DNA from: Octopus vulgaris
Lineage: Eukaryota
DNA length: 64,000 bases
Assembly: GCA_951406725.2 (NCBI GenBank)
Contig: OX597833.1
Span: 64,232,001-64,296,000 of the forward strand
Direction: 5' to 3'
The translations under genes were made by a program, and so were the position numbers. The notes under the pieces are model-generated. The model saw only the letters and a list, made by a program, of their open reading frames with translations. It was not told where the DNA came from and made no database searches. Shown one piece after another: positions 1-13,474 of this stretch; position 1 is the stretch's first letter, and the number at the start of each line of letters is the position of its first letter.

Positions 1-502
<502 letters not shown>

Positions 503-743
503 GTATATATCATTACCGTATGCTCCGAAGCTCGAAAATACACTTATTGCTCTGGCACAAAATTGAAATATTTATCATTCTTTGTCCCGCAATCTGCAGC
601 CATACAATTCAACTGCTTCAAAATAAATAAATAAATAAATGAACAAAAAAATCAAAAAAAAAATCACGTGTCTGTACACGTGTCTTATACGTCGCCTTCT
701 TCGTTTTGGTGTGCATCTGTTTCTTACAAGTATATGCGTGTCG

Positions 744-794
<51 letters not shown>

Positions 795-1221
795 CTCTTT
801 ACACATACAAAGAGACATGATATTTTTTTTGTTTTCTATTCCTGCAATGTTTGTGTGGGTGTAACGTTATATATTTGAAAGAAGGTTTATTTATTGAGTA
901 TAAATATATCTCAATCTCCCTCTCTCTATATATACATTGATACGTTGTTTGTTTGTATATCATTGTTGTTTATTTCCATTGTATTGTATACAATATCTCT
1001 AGGATGTATACAATTATTTCTTATACATCTTCTCACCTCTTCTACTTCATCTCCCCCCCCCGTGCTTTTTTCCCTCTTCCTCTCATCTCTTTCCTTTTAC
1101 TTTGCCCTCTCTTTCCCCCACTCTCTCTCCCTCTTGAGTGTATATATAGTCATACATGCTTATATACAGGCATACACACATATTTAGATATATACATATC
1201 TATATATAAATGACGTATATA

Positions 1222-1601
1222 GGTGTAGGCGTGGCTGTGTGGTAAGAAACTTGCTTCCCAATCACATGGTCCCGGGTTCAATGCCACTGCGTGGTGCCTT
1301 GTTTATTTCCATTATATTGTATAGAAATGTCTTCTACTATAGCCTTGTGAGCGGAAACTGAAAGAAGCTCGTTGTACACACGCACACACACACACGCGCA
1401 CGCACGCATATATATATGATTGTGGGTCTGTGTTTGACTACCGATGTTGGTGTCTTTACGTTTCCGTAACTTAACGTTTCGGCATAAGAGACCAATAGAA
1501 TAAGTACCAGGCTTACAAAGAATAAGACCTGGGTTAGACTAAAGGCAGTGCACCAGCATGGTCGCAATCAAACGACTGAAACTAATGAAATAATAAAAGA
1601 A
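1222..1601 (+). mobile_element. tRNA-derived SINE family A
   Basis: Head GTGGCTGTGTGGTAAG...GGTTCAATGCC (A/B-box-like), body GGAAACTGAAAGAAGC, internal microsatellite, tail CAGCATGGTCGCAATCAAACGACTGAAAC; matches many copies in the window. Confidence 0.9.
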
Positions 1602-1669
1602 CATATACATACATACCTATATATATGTGTTTGTATGTGTCTATGTATGTGTATATGTACTGTACGTAT

Positions 1670-2330
1670 TACAAAATTCATGATACTTGAATCATTACTT
1701 ATTTATAATTGTGATATACCCACACCAATGAAAAGGATCTCCTAATCTAGCCACCCTGTTATAGTGAAATTTAATAGGAAGAGTTGGTTTTTTTTTTGTT
1801 TTGCTTTTGTTTTTGCTTTTACCTTTCCGTGGCACTGGTTCGATAATCACTCCTCTTATGCTACGAAATGTTACTTTGGAAAGTATAATTTCGAGTCCAC
1901 GCTACATGTATGTTTGGCTAACCCTCTTTGACATCCTTCAGATCTTGCTTCGCTCGAAACTTCCGTGCCTACTGAAGTAGTTATATTCCACCAAACATAT
2001 CTTCAGAGTTGCTATCTATGAACCAGGGAATTATTTCTCTTTGGAAGGCATATTTATCTTAGTAGAAATTTTAGGATGATCACAGAGACTCGTAATAAAT
2101 AGCGGTCTATCAAATATTTCTGGAAAAATGTAATATTGTGCTGGCAATAAAAAAATATTTGGAATGCTTGGGAGAAAATTAAATACGTTTCCTTCATTGA
2201 TGAGTGGAAAATAACTGTGTCCAAATGTATCAAAAGAAAGTTAAAAGATCAAAGATGTACGTTTTTATTCGCAAATACCTTTGTAGAAATGATGCTGAAA
2301 GGAATATATGAAGACGAAGATACAGGTGAT
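1670..2330 (+). pseudogene. Decayed Tigger/pogo (DDE_1) transposase fragment
   Basis: Frameshifted manual translation gives WFDNH..., LANPL*HPSDL (cf. LDNAPxHP), PPNISSELLSMNQGIISLWKAY (cf. PPNTTSxLQPMDQGIIxxFKAxY) and FWK...NAWEKI, in the order expected for Tigger-family transposases. Confidence 0.75.
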
Positions 2331-2522
2331 ATTCAGGATTCAGTGGATGTTTATCACATGTCATGCTTATAAATACTTTAACCCTTTGCCTCTCCAAGGA
2401 ATGCTCATAGGTTTTTCCTAAACGCCTATGCTTCATTTCAGATTTCTAGTTTGCCCTTGTTTCATGCACTCGGATTAATATAAAGCTTTACTTTTATAAG
2501 TCTCAAGTTACACCCGTGGCTA

Positions 2523-2800
2523 GTGGAGGAACATGGCCTAGTGGTTAGAGTAGCGGACTCGCAGTGGAGGGATTGTGGGTTCGAATCTCAGACTGTGTTT
2601 ATGAGCGAAATACCTAAGCTTCCGGCAGAAGGTGATGACGAACTTCTGCTGACTGTTTCGCCACAACTTTCTTTCACTCTTTCCTCTTGCATCTTGCAGC
2701 TCACCTGCGACGGACCGGCGTCCCGTCCAGGTGGAGAACGTACACGCCAAGGAAACCGGGAAACCGGCCCTTATGAGTCAGGCGTGGCTCGAGAAGGAAA
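2523..2800 (+). mobile_element. SINE family C head with alternative tail; 12-bp TSD
   Basis: Head TGGAGGAACATGGCCTAGTGGTTAGAGTAGCGGACTCGC...GGTTCGAATCTC; tail CCTGCGACGGACCGGCGTCCCGTCCAGG...GGCTCGAGAAGGAA; TSD ACACCCGTGGCT at 2510-2521 and 2802-2813. Confidence 0.85.
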
Positions 2801-3067
2801 AACACCCGTGGCTGAAAAGATATGAGATGGTCTGGCATGTATGATTCATGGACCAATATCTTCTGTATCACATGTGATACACCCACCCGTCATAGGTAGA
2901 GCGTTAAGGTGTTAACAAAACCGCAAGCGTCTAGGTGAGAAAACTTAAACGAGAGTCGTACAGATATAGTTTGACAGCAGAGATCCAATTCAAGTACCTT
3001 AGTGTGGTTTAGAAAAACGCTTGAAAATATTTTTGGAGCTATGTAAATGTAGCGATATATATTATTG

Positions 3068-3350
3068 TAATCATGTCATCGGCCAGATAATCGGATGCTG
3101 TTGTACAACGCTGGTCACAATGCGCTTTGCATTGTTTCAGCCTCTGAATGCTATAGTGACTAGGCGAACAGGCCAATTGTCTCCCCTGATCGAAAAGCTA
3201 TTCCATTGCAGGGTGACCCTTTTGCAGTTGAGCGGACTGAAGCAACGTGGAATGAAGTGTTCTGGTCAAGAACACAGCGCACCACTTGGTCCGGGAAACG
3301 AACCCCTGATCTAAGCGTTTTTGAGCACAACTTCTTAACCACCAGGCCAC
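3068..3350 (-). mobile_element. Old SINE family D (CORE-like box, GCATTGTGACCAGCG tail)
   Basis: Minus strand GTGGCCTGGTGGTTAAG...GGTTCGTTTCC...TTCTTGACCAGAACACTTCATTCCACGTTGC; homologous to 28018-28328. Confidence 0.75.
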
Positions 3351-3476
3351 AAGCTGCATGTATTTTTATAATGAATATTTAATAGTTTATAAAAAGGTAA
3401 TAAATTCAACCTTGGAATATTTTGTTATAAATATAGGCTAAAAGGTAAAATATATATTTGCTATTGGTTTGTATCA

Positions 3477-3855
3477 CGCAAGAGTGGCTGTGTGGTAAGT
3501 AGCTTGCTTACCAACCTCATGGTTCGGGGTTCAGTCTTCTCCTATAGCCTCGGGCTGACTAAAGCCTTGTGAATGGATTTGGTAGACGGAAACTGAAAGA
3601 AGCCCGTCGTATATATGTATATATATGTGTATGCGTGTGTATATGTTTGTGTGTCTGTGTTTGTCCCCCCAACATCGCTTGACAACCGATGCCGATGTGT
3701 TTACGTCCCCGTAACTTAGCGGTTCGGCAAAAGAGACCGATAGAATAAGTACTAGGCTTACAAAGAATAAGTCCTGAGGTCGATTTGCTCGACTAAAAGG
3801 TGGTGCTCCAGCATGGCCACAATCAAATGACTGAAGCAAGTAAACGAGTAAAAGA
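3477..3855 (+). mobile_element. SINE family A
   Basis: Near full-length match to other family A copies, with an internal deletion in the head. Confidence 0.92.
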
Positions 3856-4109
3856 GCATCACATCCACTACAAAAAAAAAGTGTAAGAAAAAATTGCATA
3901 TCACGAATTTGAAATCCATATTTTTTCAAGGAAACCTTGGCTTCTTAATTTCTGGTGACTTTGTTGCGTATTTTTTGTTCAGCATCGATATCGCGTGATT
4001 GACCTCCATTGCGAATCGAATTCTGGTGAGGGTTATATTTGTGCACAAGTTTGCAGTATAAATGTTTTGTGGCCTATAAATTCATGCTAAGAATTTCTAC
4101 ATTCGTGGA

Positions 4110-4497
4110 CACATACATACATACATACATACATACATACATACATACATACATACATACATACATACATACATACATACATACATTCATATATGCATAC
4201 ATACATACATACATACATACATACATACATACATACATACATACATACATGCATATATACATACATACATACATACATACATGCATACATACATACATGC
4301 ATACATACATACATACATACATACATACATACATACATGCATACATACATACATGCATACATACATACATGCATACATACATACATGCATACATACATAC
4401 ATACATGCATACATACATACATGTACACATACATGCATATATACTTATATACATACATACATACATATTTACATGCATACATGCATACATACATACA

Positions 4498-4531
<34 letters not shown>

Positions 4532-4570
4532 CATGCATGCAGGCATGCATGCATACATATATACATACGT
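4110..4570. repeat. (TACA/TGCA)n microsatellite
   Basis: Direct reading. Confidence 0.95.
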
Positions 4571-5087
4571 AAAGCTGAAGATCTGCGAAAAAGAGAATAC
4601 CTGAACTATTGAGAAATCTGCAGTTCCTCAATAGAGATTACAAGTTCAGGTTTATACCTGTAATTATTGGGGTCTTGAGATACGTAACACACTGCCTAAA
4701 TACCAATCTTGAGAAATTAGGCTTCTCAAAACTAGAAAGGAGAAAGCTGGTTTAAAGACTACAGATCCAATCCATCACTGGAACTGTAAAAATCTGTAAA
4801 ACTTTCCAAAAGTTTATCATTTAGGTATGTATGAGGATGTCTAGATATGTAACTATATGCACGAGAATATATACATGAAGCAAAGCGTACAAATCGGCAC
4901 ATATACATACATACATACATACGTACATACATACATACGTACATACATACATACGTACATACATACATACAAACAAACAAAAATACCCTGTTGATGCTGT
5001 AATTCCATTGAAGGAGCCTTGAATCTCGGTTAGAAACCGACTCTTTCTCTATTGGCAAGAAATCTTGAAATAAGACTGAACAATGAC
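4571..5087 (+). mobile_element. 5'-truncated R4/Dong-like (RLE-type) non-LTR retrotransposon 3' end in (TACA)n
   Basis: Translation KLKICEKENT/ELLRNLQFLNRDYKFRFIPVIIGVLRYVTHCLNTNLEKLGF...LQIQSITGTVKICKTF resembles the C-terminus of R4-clade ORFs (KY..L...VIPVVIGALG...LQK..LLGT); TACA repeats on both sides. Confidence 0.65.
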
Positions 5088-5211
5088 ATACATATATACA
5101 TACATAGATACATACAAATCCATACAATAACTGTCCTCAGTGTTTCCTCTAAACAAGAAAACACATAAAACAAGGCACTTTAGAACAACACGAACAGCCT
5201 TCGCTTCGACA

Positions 5212-5895
5212 TTCCTGCTAAAAGTAAGAGGCATCAATCCATCACTCAATGCTACAAAACAGAAAATTCCATGGATAGAAAATTAGCTTGTTGACATGAA
5301 ACACTGCCTGCCTTTCTTCATCGTCGCAGAAATCCACTTAAACAAAACTAACATGGAGGCCGAGGTAAAAATATAAAATATAAAAGAAATACTCACAATC
5401 ATCCGTGCAGACTGCACAGACCGAAAGAGAAGAGGAACAGCCATTTTCTTCCATGATTCTTTTACTATAAGTACCAAGGAAACATTTTCCAATAGTTACT
5501 GTGAATCCATCCAAATTTAATGACATAACCATTGTCAGTCTCTTCAGGCCTCTTAAACCTCCTCCACAGGTTTATGAAGTGTTCTTCAAAATAATCAAGT
5601 CCTTTCTTCAAAAATGCAACTCCGGGAACCTACTGGTAATGGCCGATTATATAACATATAAAATGGCTTACAAAAGTTCTGAAGTGAGTTTACTGCTACA
5701 CCAGACAAAACGGCAGCAGAATTACTTTGTAATTTAATGAATGAAATTTTCCTAAACCTGCTAGTACTTGAACCAACATGACGAGATTAAAGGAACCTGA
5801 TTATGATATTAAAAATCCTCTGTAGCTTCATCCATAGCATTTCAGTTGGGAAAACTCTCGTCTGGGACCACGGCATTATATTCTGCAACCTTAGT
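5212..5895 (+). pseudogene. Decayed LINE ORF2 apurinic endonuclease (CR1/L2/Jockey-like)
   Basis: Motifs in order: FFIVAEIHL (cf. TETHL), EAEVKI, IIRADCTDRKRRGTAIF (cf. RxDR..GGVAIY), FSNSYCE, LFRP (cf. YRPP), VMADY (cf. GDFN), VLEPT*R, WDHGII (cf. SDH); contains stops and frameshifts. Confidence 0.75.
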
Positions 5896-6000
5896 TTCCG
5901 GCATGCCAAAACCGCACATATCACTCTTAAGCTATGGCACCTATTCGACATCGAGTTTCATTAAGTAGAATGGAGAGCAATCAGAAAAGATCTGTCACTT

Positions 6001-6183
6001 GGGGAGGAGGAGTCAGTCGATTAGATCGACCCCAGTACGCAACTGATACTTAATTTATCAACCGTGAAAAGATGAAAGGCAAAGTCGGCTTCTGTAGAAT
6101 TTGAACTCAGAACGTAACGGCAGACGAAATACCGCTAAGCATTTCGCCCGGCGTGCTAACGATCCTGCCAGCTCGTCGCCTTA
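6001..6183 (-). mobile_element. SINE family B
   Basis: Reverse complement of AAGGCGACGAGCTGGCAGGATCGTTAGCACGCCGGGCGAAATGCTTAGCGGTATTTCGTCTG...GAGTTCAAATTC. Confidence 0.9.
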
Positions 6184-6334
6184 CACTTACTCTAATATTG
6201 TAACATCAGTGCTTTGGGAACATTGTCTCTTGCACAGGCTCAAAACACGCACCTACGGAACTCACAAGGGACGAACAGAAATAGACTCCCGAAATGAGAA
6301 ATAAACACATTTGTTGCTAGCATTGTTTTTTCGG

Positions 6335-6452
6335 TGAGTGGACTGGAAAATGTGAAATAATGTGTTCTGCTAAAGAACACAAAATGACAATCAGTGTGGA
6401 AATCGAACCAATGATCTAATGAGCGTTATTCGAAAACCTTAACCACCAGGCT
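6335..6452 (-). mobile_element. Old SINE family D head fragment
   Basis: Minus strand TAGCCTGGTGGTTAAGG...GGTTCGATTTCC...TTCTTTAGCAGAACACATTATTTCAC. Confidence 0.55.
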
Positions 6453-6479
6453 ATGTACCTATACATATAGACAGACAAA

Positions 6480-6802
6480 TACACATTCACACACCGGTAT
6501 AGGCACACACATGCACACTCACACACACATTCAAACGTCGGCATAAACACACACATACACATTCACACACCGGCATAAACATACACACACACATTCACAC
6601 GCCAACATAAATACACACGCACATTCACACGTCAGCATAAACTCACACGCACACACACACGCATTCAGAGCCCAGCATAAACACGCACGCGCACACACAC
6701 ACACACACTCACACATCAGTATAAACACACAGGCACACATTCACACGCCAGCATAAACATACACGCACACAGACATTCACACGCCGGCATCAACAAACAC
6801 GC

Positions 6803-6844
<42 letters not shown>

Positions 6845-6862
6845 TCACACGCTAGCATAAAC
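6480..6862. repeat. CA-rich minisatellite, unit ~28-40 bp (CACATTCACACGCCAGCATAAACACAC)
   Basis: About 11 imperfect units readable directly. Confidence 0.85.
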
Positions 6863-6899
6863 ACAAATACAGACGTACACTAACGCAATAACATACCCG

Positions 6900-6959
<60 letters not shown>

Positions 6960-7329
6960 AACACACAAACAAACAACCAAACCAAACCAAACAAACACTG
7001 TCCGTTTCCAGAGTTCCATTTCTCCGAAACAGCGCCAAGAATTTCCACAGATATTTAAAGCTATTCGCTGCGTTCACTGAACCGTAAAATTATGGAGAGA
7101 ACAGAATTTTAAGTAAATGTTAATTTTTATCTGAATTTGGACAATGAATGACATTGTGATAGATTCAATTGATTTCTGTTATCTTCAGGAAAAAAATATT
7201 GAAATCTAAATTATCAATTCTACACATACACAAATATACACGTAAAAATAAATGTGACGTTAGTATAAACACCTATACATATGCATGCATATACATACGT
7301 GTATATATATATATATATATGTGTGTATA

Positions 7330-7368
<39 letters not shown>

Positions 7369-7467
7369 TATATATATAAACATATATGTGTATATATATA
7401 TATAATATATAAACTCATATATACATATATATATACATATATATATATATACATATATATAACACCC

Positions 7468-7519
<52 letters not shown>

Positions 7520-7567
7520 ACATACATATATATATGTATATATACTTACACTGACATACATATATAT

Positions 7568-7975
7568 ATTCTTTTATTCTTTTACTTGTTTCACTCATTT
7601 GACTGCGGCCATGCTGGAGCACTGCCTGTCGTCGAACAAATCGACCCCAGGACTTATTCTTTGTAAGCCTTCTACATGTTCTAACGGTGTCTTTTGCCGA
7701 ACCGATAGGTTACAGGCACGTAAAGAAACCAACAACGGTTGTCAGGCGATGATTGTTTGACAGACACAGATACACAAACATATACGCACACAAACACGCA
7801 CGCACATACATATATACGGAGGGCTTCGTTCAGTTTCCCTCTAGGAAATCCACTCACAGGGCTTTGGTTGGCACGAGGCTATAGTAGAAGACTCTTGTCC
7901 AAAGTACCATGCAGTGGCACTGAACCCAGAACCATGTGGCTGGTAAGCAAGCTACTTATTACACATCACACAGCC
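7568..7975 (-). mobile_element. SINE family A
   Basis: Reverse-complement tail TTGTTTCACTCATTTGACTGCGGCCATGCTGGAGCA through head AGCAAGCTACTTATTACAC. Confidence 0.9.
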
Positions 7976-8271
7976 AATCTCCTGTTTTTGATTCGACCTT
8001 ACAAAGACATTCCCAACTTTTAAGTCACTTTAAAAAAAACCCTCGATTCAATAACACTGTTTACAAACTCTATGTCTGGAATGACCGATTTTAAATACAA
8101 TTGGAACTTACACACAAGATACAGGAAACTTATATGTATACCATTCTGCTTAAATAATGAAACTGCAGATACGTTATCCCTGCATATCTCACGTCTATTT
8201 TCACTCCTCCATTTCACTCTCTATTTCATATCTTATCTAGAATAACTATTGCTTAACCATTTTCTAACACC

Positions 8272-8319
8272 GTCTCCGATGAATGGATATATAAAATATC
8301 CCGGAAACAGCTGTAAGAC
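8272..8319 (+). ncRNA. Type I hammerhead ribozyme motif, U4C core variant
   Basis: GTCT-CCGATGA-(GGATAT/ATATCC stem II)-GAAA-CAGCTG-TA-AGAC; palindromic stem III ACAGCTGT; stem I GTCT/AGAC; predicted cut after GUA at 8315. Confidence 0.7.
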
Positions 8320-8466
8320 CTCTTTATAAATGTTCTGAAATCTTTCACAAACTTGGAATTTTATCTCATTCGGTTAATTTAGATCTATTTTCTTTTATTT
8401 CTCCACCCCCAATCTCTATTTTATATCTTATCTAAATTAACTATTTCTTAATCATCCTCTCACACC

Positions 8467-8514
8467 GTCTCCGACGAAGGGCTATAATAAATATCCTGGA
8501 AACAGCTGTAAGAC
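8467..8514 (+). ncRNA. Type I hammerhead ribozyme motif, U4C core variant (second pLTR copy)
   Basis: GTCT-CCGACGA-AGGGCTAT..ATATCCT-G-GAAA-CAGCTG-TA-AGAC. Confidence 0.68.
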
Positions 8515-8574
8515 CTTCTATATATAAATGTTCTAAAATTTACACAGCCTTGGTTCTTTTTATCTCATTAAGAA

Positions 8575-8683
<109 letters not shown>

Positions 8684-8925
8684 TATAGGATCCAGAAAGA
8701 CTAGAGTTGGCTAGATTCGTGTCGGTAAGACTTGCATTGTTTATTGTTTAAATCGATAACGAATTCATTGTGATTTGGTCGTTGCGAGAGAAAAATTCAA
8801 TGTTTTATGGATAGAGACCTTCTTCATGTAAAAGTTAAAAGGAAAGAGACTAATGGAAAATAGTAGTGCTTTACATCCAATACAGGGTGTAAAATGTTGG
8901 TGCGTTTAATTCCAGTTCTGTGAAA

Positions 8926-8965
8926 ATTTCTCTGATGAAGGACGCTGTCCGACACGTCTTGATTG
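8926..8965 (+). ncRNA. Degenerate hammerhead motif within a (TA)n-flanked insert (8681-9013)
   Basis: CTGATGA-A-GGAC-gct-GTCC-GACA(for GAAA)-CG-TC; stem II perfect, stem I poorly paired. Confidence 0.5.
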
Positions 8966-9011
8966 TTCGCTTCACAACGAAATTTCACTCTACATATCTT
9001 TGAGGATTACG

Positions 9012-9078
<67 letters not shown>

Positions 9079-9356
9079 CGTAAAGAGTAGGGGCGATAGA
9101 CCAGTGACCCGGATGCCATCTTAACCCTGAGTAGGCTACTCTTTAGAAATCGAATCACGTTGTAGTTTTGTAGGAGTAATAAACATTATATATATATATA
9201 TATATACTGAATGCAGAAATACAACAAAAATGCGCATATATATGCTGTTGATAACAAGTGCTGCTCGGAAGAGCTGCTGTTTTCGTGTGTGTAGCTATCT
9301 ATCTAATTATCTATCTACCTGTTTCAACCTTTCTGTAAATACATGCATACAGTACA

Positions 9357-9406
<50 letters not shown>

Positions 9407-10059
9407 CACAATCTTTCGTATATACATACAGAGGCTAGCCGATAGTTTGGAATACTTAGGACAGCTCTAGCCAACGCTAGTGCAAACAAGTTGTAAAACG
9501 ATAAGCAATAAATTACATTCCAAATTTGGAAAAGAACTCTGCGGATTATCAGGTCAATATATTGGTTTAAGAATCTCACATTTTATCGCTGAGGTTTGAT
9601 CACGGCCAATAAAATTTGTATTGATTAGGCGGTAGATCTTCACAAGAGATATCTATCTTGTACACTCCTCACATTCTCCAAACCGTCTAAATTACCCAGG
9701 CTAAACATTATTAAACATCTAAACGATCGGGAGATAGAAGTTCATCTTTGTCGCTATGCACATGCTAGAAATAGCAACAAAATACCTTCTACTTATCTTA
9801 CTTTCATTTAGATATAGTATATCTTGGACTAATTTGATATCATAATCTTAAATCGATTATATATGAATGAAAGACCGACTATTTAGGAGTTAGTATGCGC
9901 ATAATTTTAATTCTGCTTTATAGCGATAGACCGGACAGATAAATATCAATATTAGTAATTCCTGTCACTATATCTTGCATATGATATGCACAAGAGACCT
10001 CAGACTGCTCTAAAAGAACCACAGGACTTCCTGATATCATAGTAGTTGATATCATAATA

Positions 10060-10475
10060 GCGAGCCGGCAGAATTGTTAGCACACCGGGCGAAATACTTC
10101 ATCGCATTTCGTCTGGCGTTATATTCTGAGTTCAAATTCCGCCGAGGTCGACTTTGCCTTTCATCCTTTTGGTGTCGATTAAATAAGTACCAGTTACGCA
10201 CTGTGGTCGATGTAATCGACTTAATCCCTTCGCCTGTCCTTGTTTGTCTCCATTTTTAGCCCCTTGTGGGCAATAAATAAATAAGAATCGTTAGCAAGCC
10301 GGGCGAAATGCGTAATCATATTCCGTCTGTCTTTATGTTCTGAGTTCAAATCCCACTGAGGTCGACTTTGCCTTTCATCCTTTCGGGGTCGATGAAATAA
10401 GTACCAATTACGCACTGGGATCGATATCAACCACTAGTCCTCTTTCCCAAAATTTCCAAGGCCTTGTGTGTAGAA
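10060..10475 (+). mobile_element. SINE family B, dimeric
   Basis: Two consecutive bodies joined at ...AATAAATAAGAATCGTTAGC. Confidence 0.88.
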
Positions 10476-10556
10476 TCAAAATAGCTATAATAATTTTAAA
10501 TATATTTTCAAATCTCTCTTGGGATTAGATGAAAAAATAAAACAGTGTGTTGTCAT

Positions 10557-10945
10557 GGAATGGAAGCACTCCGTCGGTTACGACGACGAGGGTTCCGGTT
10601 GATCCGAATCAACGGAACAGCCTGCTCGTGAAATTAACGTGTAAGTGGCTGAGCACTCCACAGACACGTGTACACTTAACGTAGTTCTCGGGGATATTCA
10701 GCGTGACACAGAGAGTGACAAGGCCGGCCCCTTGAACTACAGGCACAACAGAAACAGGAAGTAAGAGTGAGAGAAAGTTGTGGTGAAAGAGTACAGCAGG
10801 GATCACCACCATCCCCTGCCGGAGCTTCGTGGAGCTTTAGGTGTTTTCGCTCAATAAACACTCACAACGCCCGGTCTGGGAATCGAAACCGCGATCCTAT
10901 GACCGCGAGTCCGCTGCCCTAACCACTGGGCCATTGCGCCTCCAC
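10557..10945 (-). mobile_element. Full-length SINE family C with 9-bp TSD
   Basis: Minus strand TGGAGGCGCAATGGCCCAGTGGTTAGGGCAGCGGACTCGCGGTC...GGTTTCGATTCCC...CCCTCGTCGTCGTAACCGACGGAGTGCTTCCATTCCA; TSD TGTTGTCAT at 10548-10556 and 10946-10954. Confidence 0.93.
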
Positions 10946-11889
10946 TGTTGTCATAGTATTTAATCTCCCACGTCCTTCATTGGGGACGAATCATTTCAGT
11001 ACTTCATTGCAAGTTTCTACAACACCACGGAATACTTGGCAGAGTCTATGCTGGATTCTTCTATGTCTACCATCACGAATCATACCACGACTTCTCTTCA
11101 GCCATCAGTGGATGAAACATAATTCAAAGACTGTCTTTCGAAGAAGATTCGTCCCACGACTAAGCGGCCATTTTTACGTTCTAAATATGTTTTTTTATGA
11201 CTTAACTGCCATCTTGTAATGTCCAAACAGTCAGTGTTTTTACGACTCGAAGCTGCCATTTTTTCCGAGGTTCAAACGACCAGTTTCTTATGGCTTGTCT
11301 TATGTGTTGTAGAACATATTCCAGGATATTTACGAACGAAAGCGTTCTGCCTACGACGTGGTGTACAAATCTGAAGCCGCTTACGCAAGACATAAATGAT
11401 AGGAACATTTTCCCACGGTATTCTTAATGAAGCCGATTATAGAATTACAACGAGCAGGGTATATTCAATTATCGTTTGTTGGACAAAATGCCAAGGTACA
11501 ATATAAGATCGTTATACAAACCCACAACACTTTTTGTACTAATTTCCATAAAATTTTAACATACGTTAGTCTAATTCATTATAAATATCTCTTGCTGGAT
11601 ACGGCGTTATCAGAAAATAGGAATACTAAAACAAAATTATAATAATATATGTGTGATTGTGTGAGTGTGTATACTATAATAAGATCTACAAGTCTAGTGA
11701 AATACATCTAGGCAAATTTTCCTCACCGAAATATTTATTTAGTTCACCATTTTTCAGTCTGTTAAAAACACTTGAACGGTTTGTTAATTGCGTTCGAAGC
11801 AGTCATCGTTTGAATGATAACGTGCATTAAAGGAAAAGGCAGAGGGGATAAACATACATAAAAAAACACACAGGGGCAATAATATATTT

Positions 11890-12113
11890 GTTTACTTCCG
11901 ACAAGGGGCTAAACACAGATGGGGCAAACAAGGATAGACAAACGGATTAAGTCGATTACATCGTCCCCAGTGCGTAACTGGTACTTATTTAATCGACCCC
12001 GAAAGGATGAAAGGTAAAGTCGACCTCTGCGGAATTTGAACTCAGAACGTAACGGCAGACGAAATGCGGTTACGCATTTCGCCGGCGTGCTAACGTTTCT
12101 GCCAGCTCGCCGC
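11890..12113 (-). mobile_element. SINE family B
   Basis: Reverse-complement match to the family B consensus from this window. Confidence 0.92.
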
Positions 12114-12560
12114 CCTCCAGAGGCAATAATAACTAACCTTACAACAGTCAGTGTCATACGCAAATTTATGTAAAACAGACTGGAATGGTTTGTGATGTGT
12201 CCGCTAGTCTACCTTTAATTTCCACTAAGATGTATTTTTTAAATGCGGTAAAAATGAGAAGGAAATCTGGAATCTACACAGTTACTGGAGGTTCTTAAGT
12301 TTTTTTCATAAAGATACAGTTTTTCGGGGACACCTTGTATGTTCCTATATGCGCCTTTACATTCAAACTTCAGATTGGAAAATGGCGGAATAAATTAATA
12401 TTTCGAGCAGGGAATCCCGGGTAGCTGTATTTCACAAGATTGTGTGGTTTTTATTATATTTACTCTCATCGCTTATCGAGAGCTATGCCACTTGTTGATA
12501 TCTAAACACATTTGCGCGCACGCAAGAACTCATATATATATATATATATATATTTTTAAA

Positions 12561-12881
12561 GACTCCGCCGGTTACGACGACGAGGGTCCCAGCTGATAGG
12601 ATCAACGGAACAGCTTGCTCGTGAAATTAACGTGCAAATGGCTGAGCATTCCACAGACACGTGTACCCTTAACGTAGTTCTCGGGGATAATCAGCGTGAC
12701 ACAGAGAGTGACAAGGCCGACCCTTTGAAATACAAGTACAACTCATTTTTGCCAGCTGAGTGGACTGGAGCAACGTGAAATAAAGTGTCTTGCTCAAGGA
12801 CACAACGCGTCGCCGGGAATCGAACTCACAACCTTACGATCATGAGCCGAATGCCCTAACCACTAAGCCACGCGCCCTCAC
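12561..12881 (-). mobile_element. SINE family D head with family C tail
   Basis: Minus strand GTGAGGGCGCGTGGCTTAGTGGTTAGGGC...GAGTTCGATTCCCGG...CCTTGAGCAAGACACTTTATTTCAC (CORE-like), then the same 3' ~170 bp as 10557-10730. Confidence 0.9.
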
Positions 12882-13109
12882 TATATATATATACAGACAT
12901 ATATACGTGTATATGTGTGCGGGGGTGTTTGTTATTTTGTTATATAATAGAAATAATAACAATAAACTGGAAAAAGAAAGGTATTTTATTCAATGCTTTA
13001 TGGGATATACACACATTTCAGCATAATAGGTTAAAAAAATACATTTTCCCACGTTATTTTTTCAAATGCTTCTATGTCCTATGTGGCAGTGAATGCCATA
13101 CCTGTTCCT

Positions 13110-13111
13110 GC

Positions 13112-13152
<41 letters not shown>

Positions 13153-13350
13153 GTTGTTGTTGTTGTTGTTGTTGTTGATATTATTATTATTATTATTATT
13201 TTTGTTGTTGTTGTTATTATTATTTTTTTTTATTGTTGTTGTTGTTGTTGTTATTATTATTATTATTATTATTATTGGTATTGTTGTTGTTGTTGTTATT
13301 ATTATTGTTGTTGTTGTTGCTGTTGTTGTTGTTATTATTATTATTATTGT
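13110..13350. repeat. (TTA/TTG)n trinucleotide microsatellite
   Basis: Direct reading; followed by a SINE B head fragment at 13352-13420. Confidence 0.95.
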
Positions 13351-13435
13351 TAAGGCAGCAAGCTGGAAGAATCGTTAGCACGCTGGGTAAAATGCTTAAC
13401 GGCATTTCGTCCGTTTTCATGTTTATGTATGTGTA

Positions 13436-13474
<39 letters not shown>

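Noticed and set aside
10955-11800. Possible minus-strand Tc1-like transposase remnant
   Set aside because: Only vague motif traces (STDG*REV, SIDSAKY) and no clear TIR; too weak to call.
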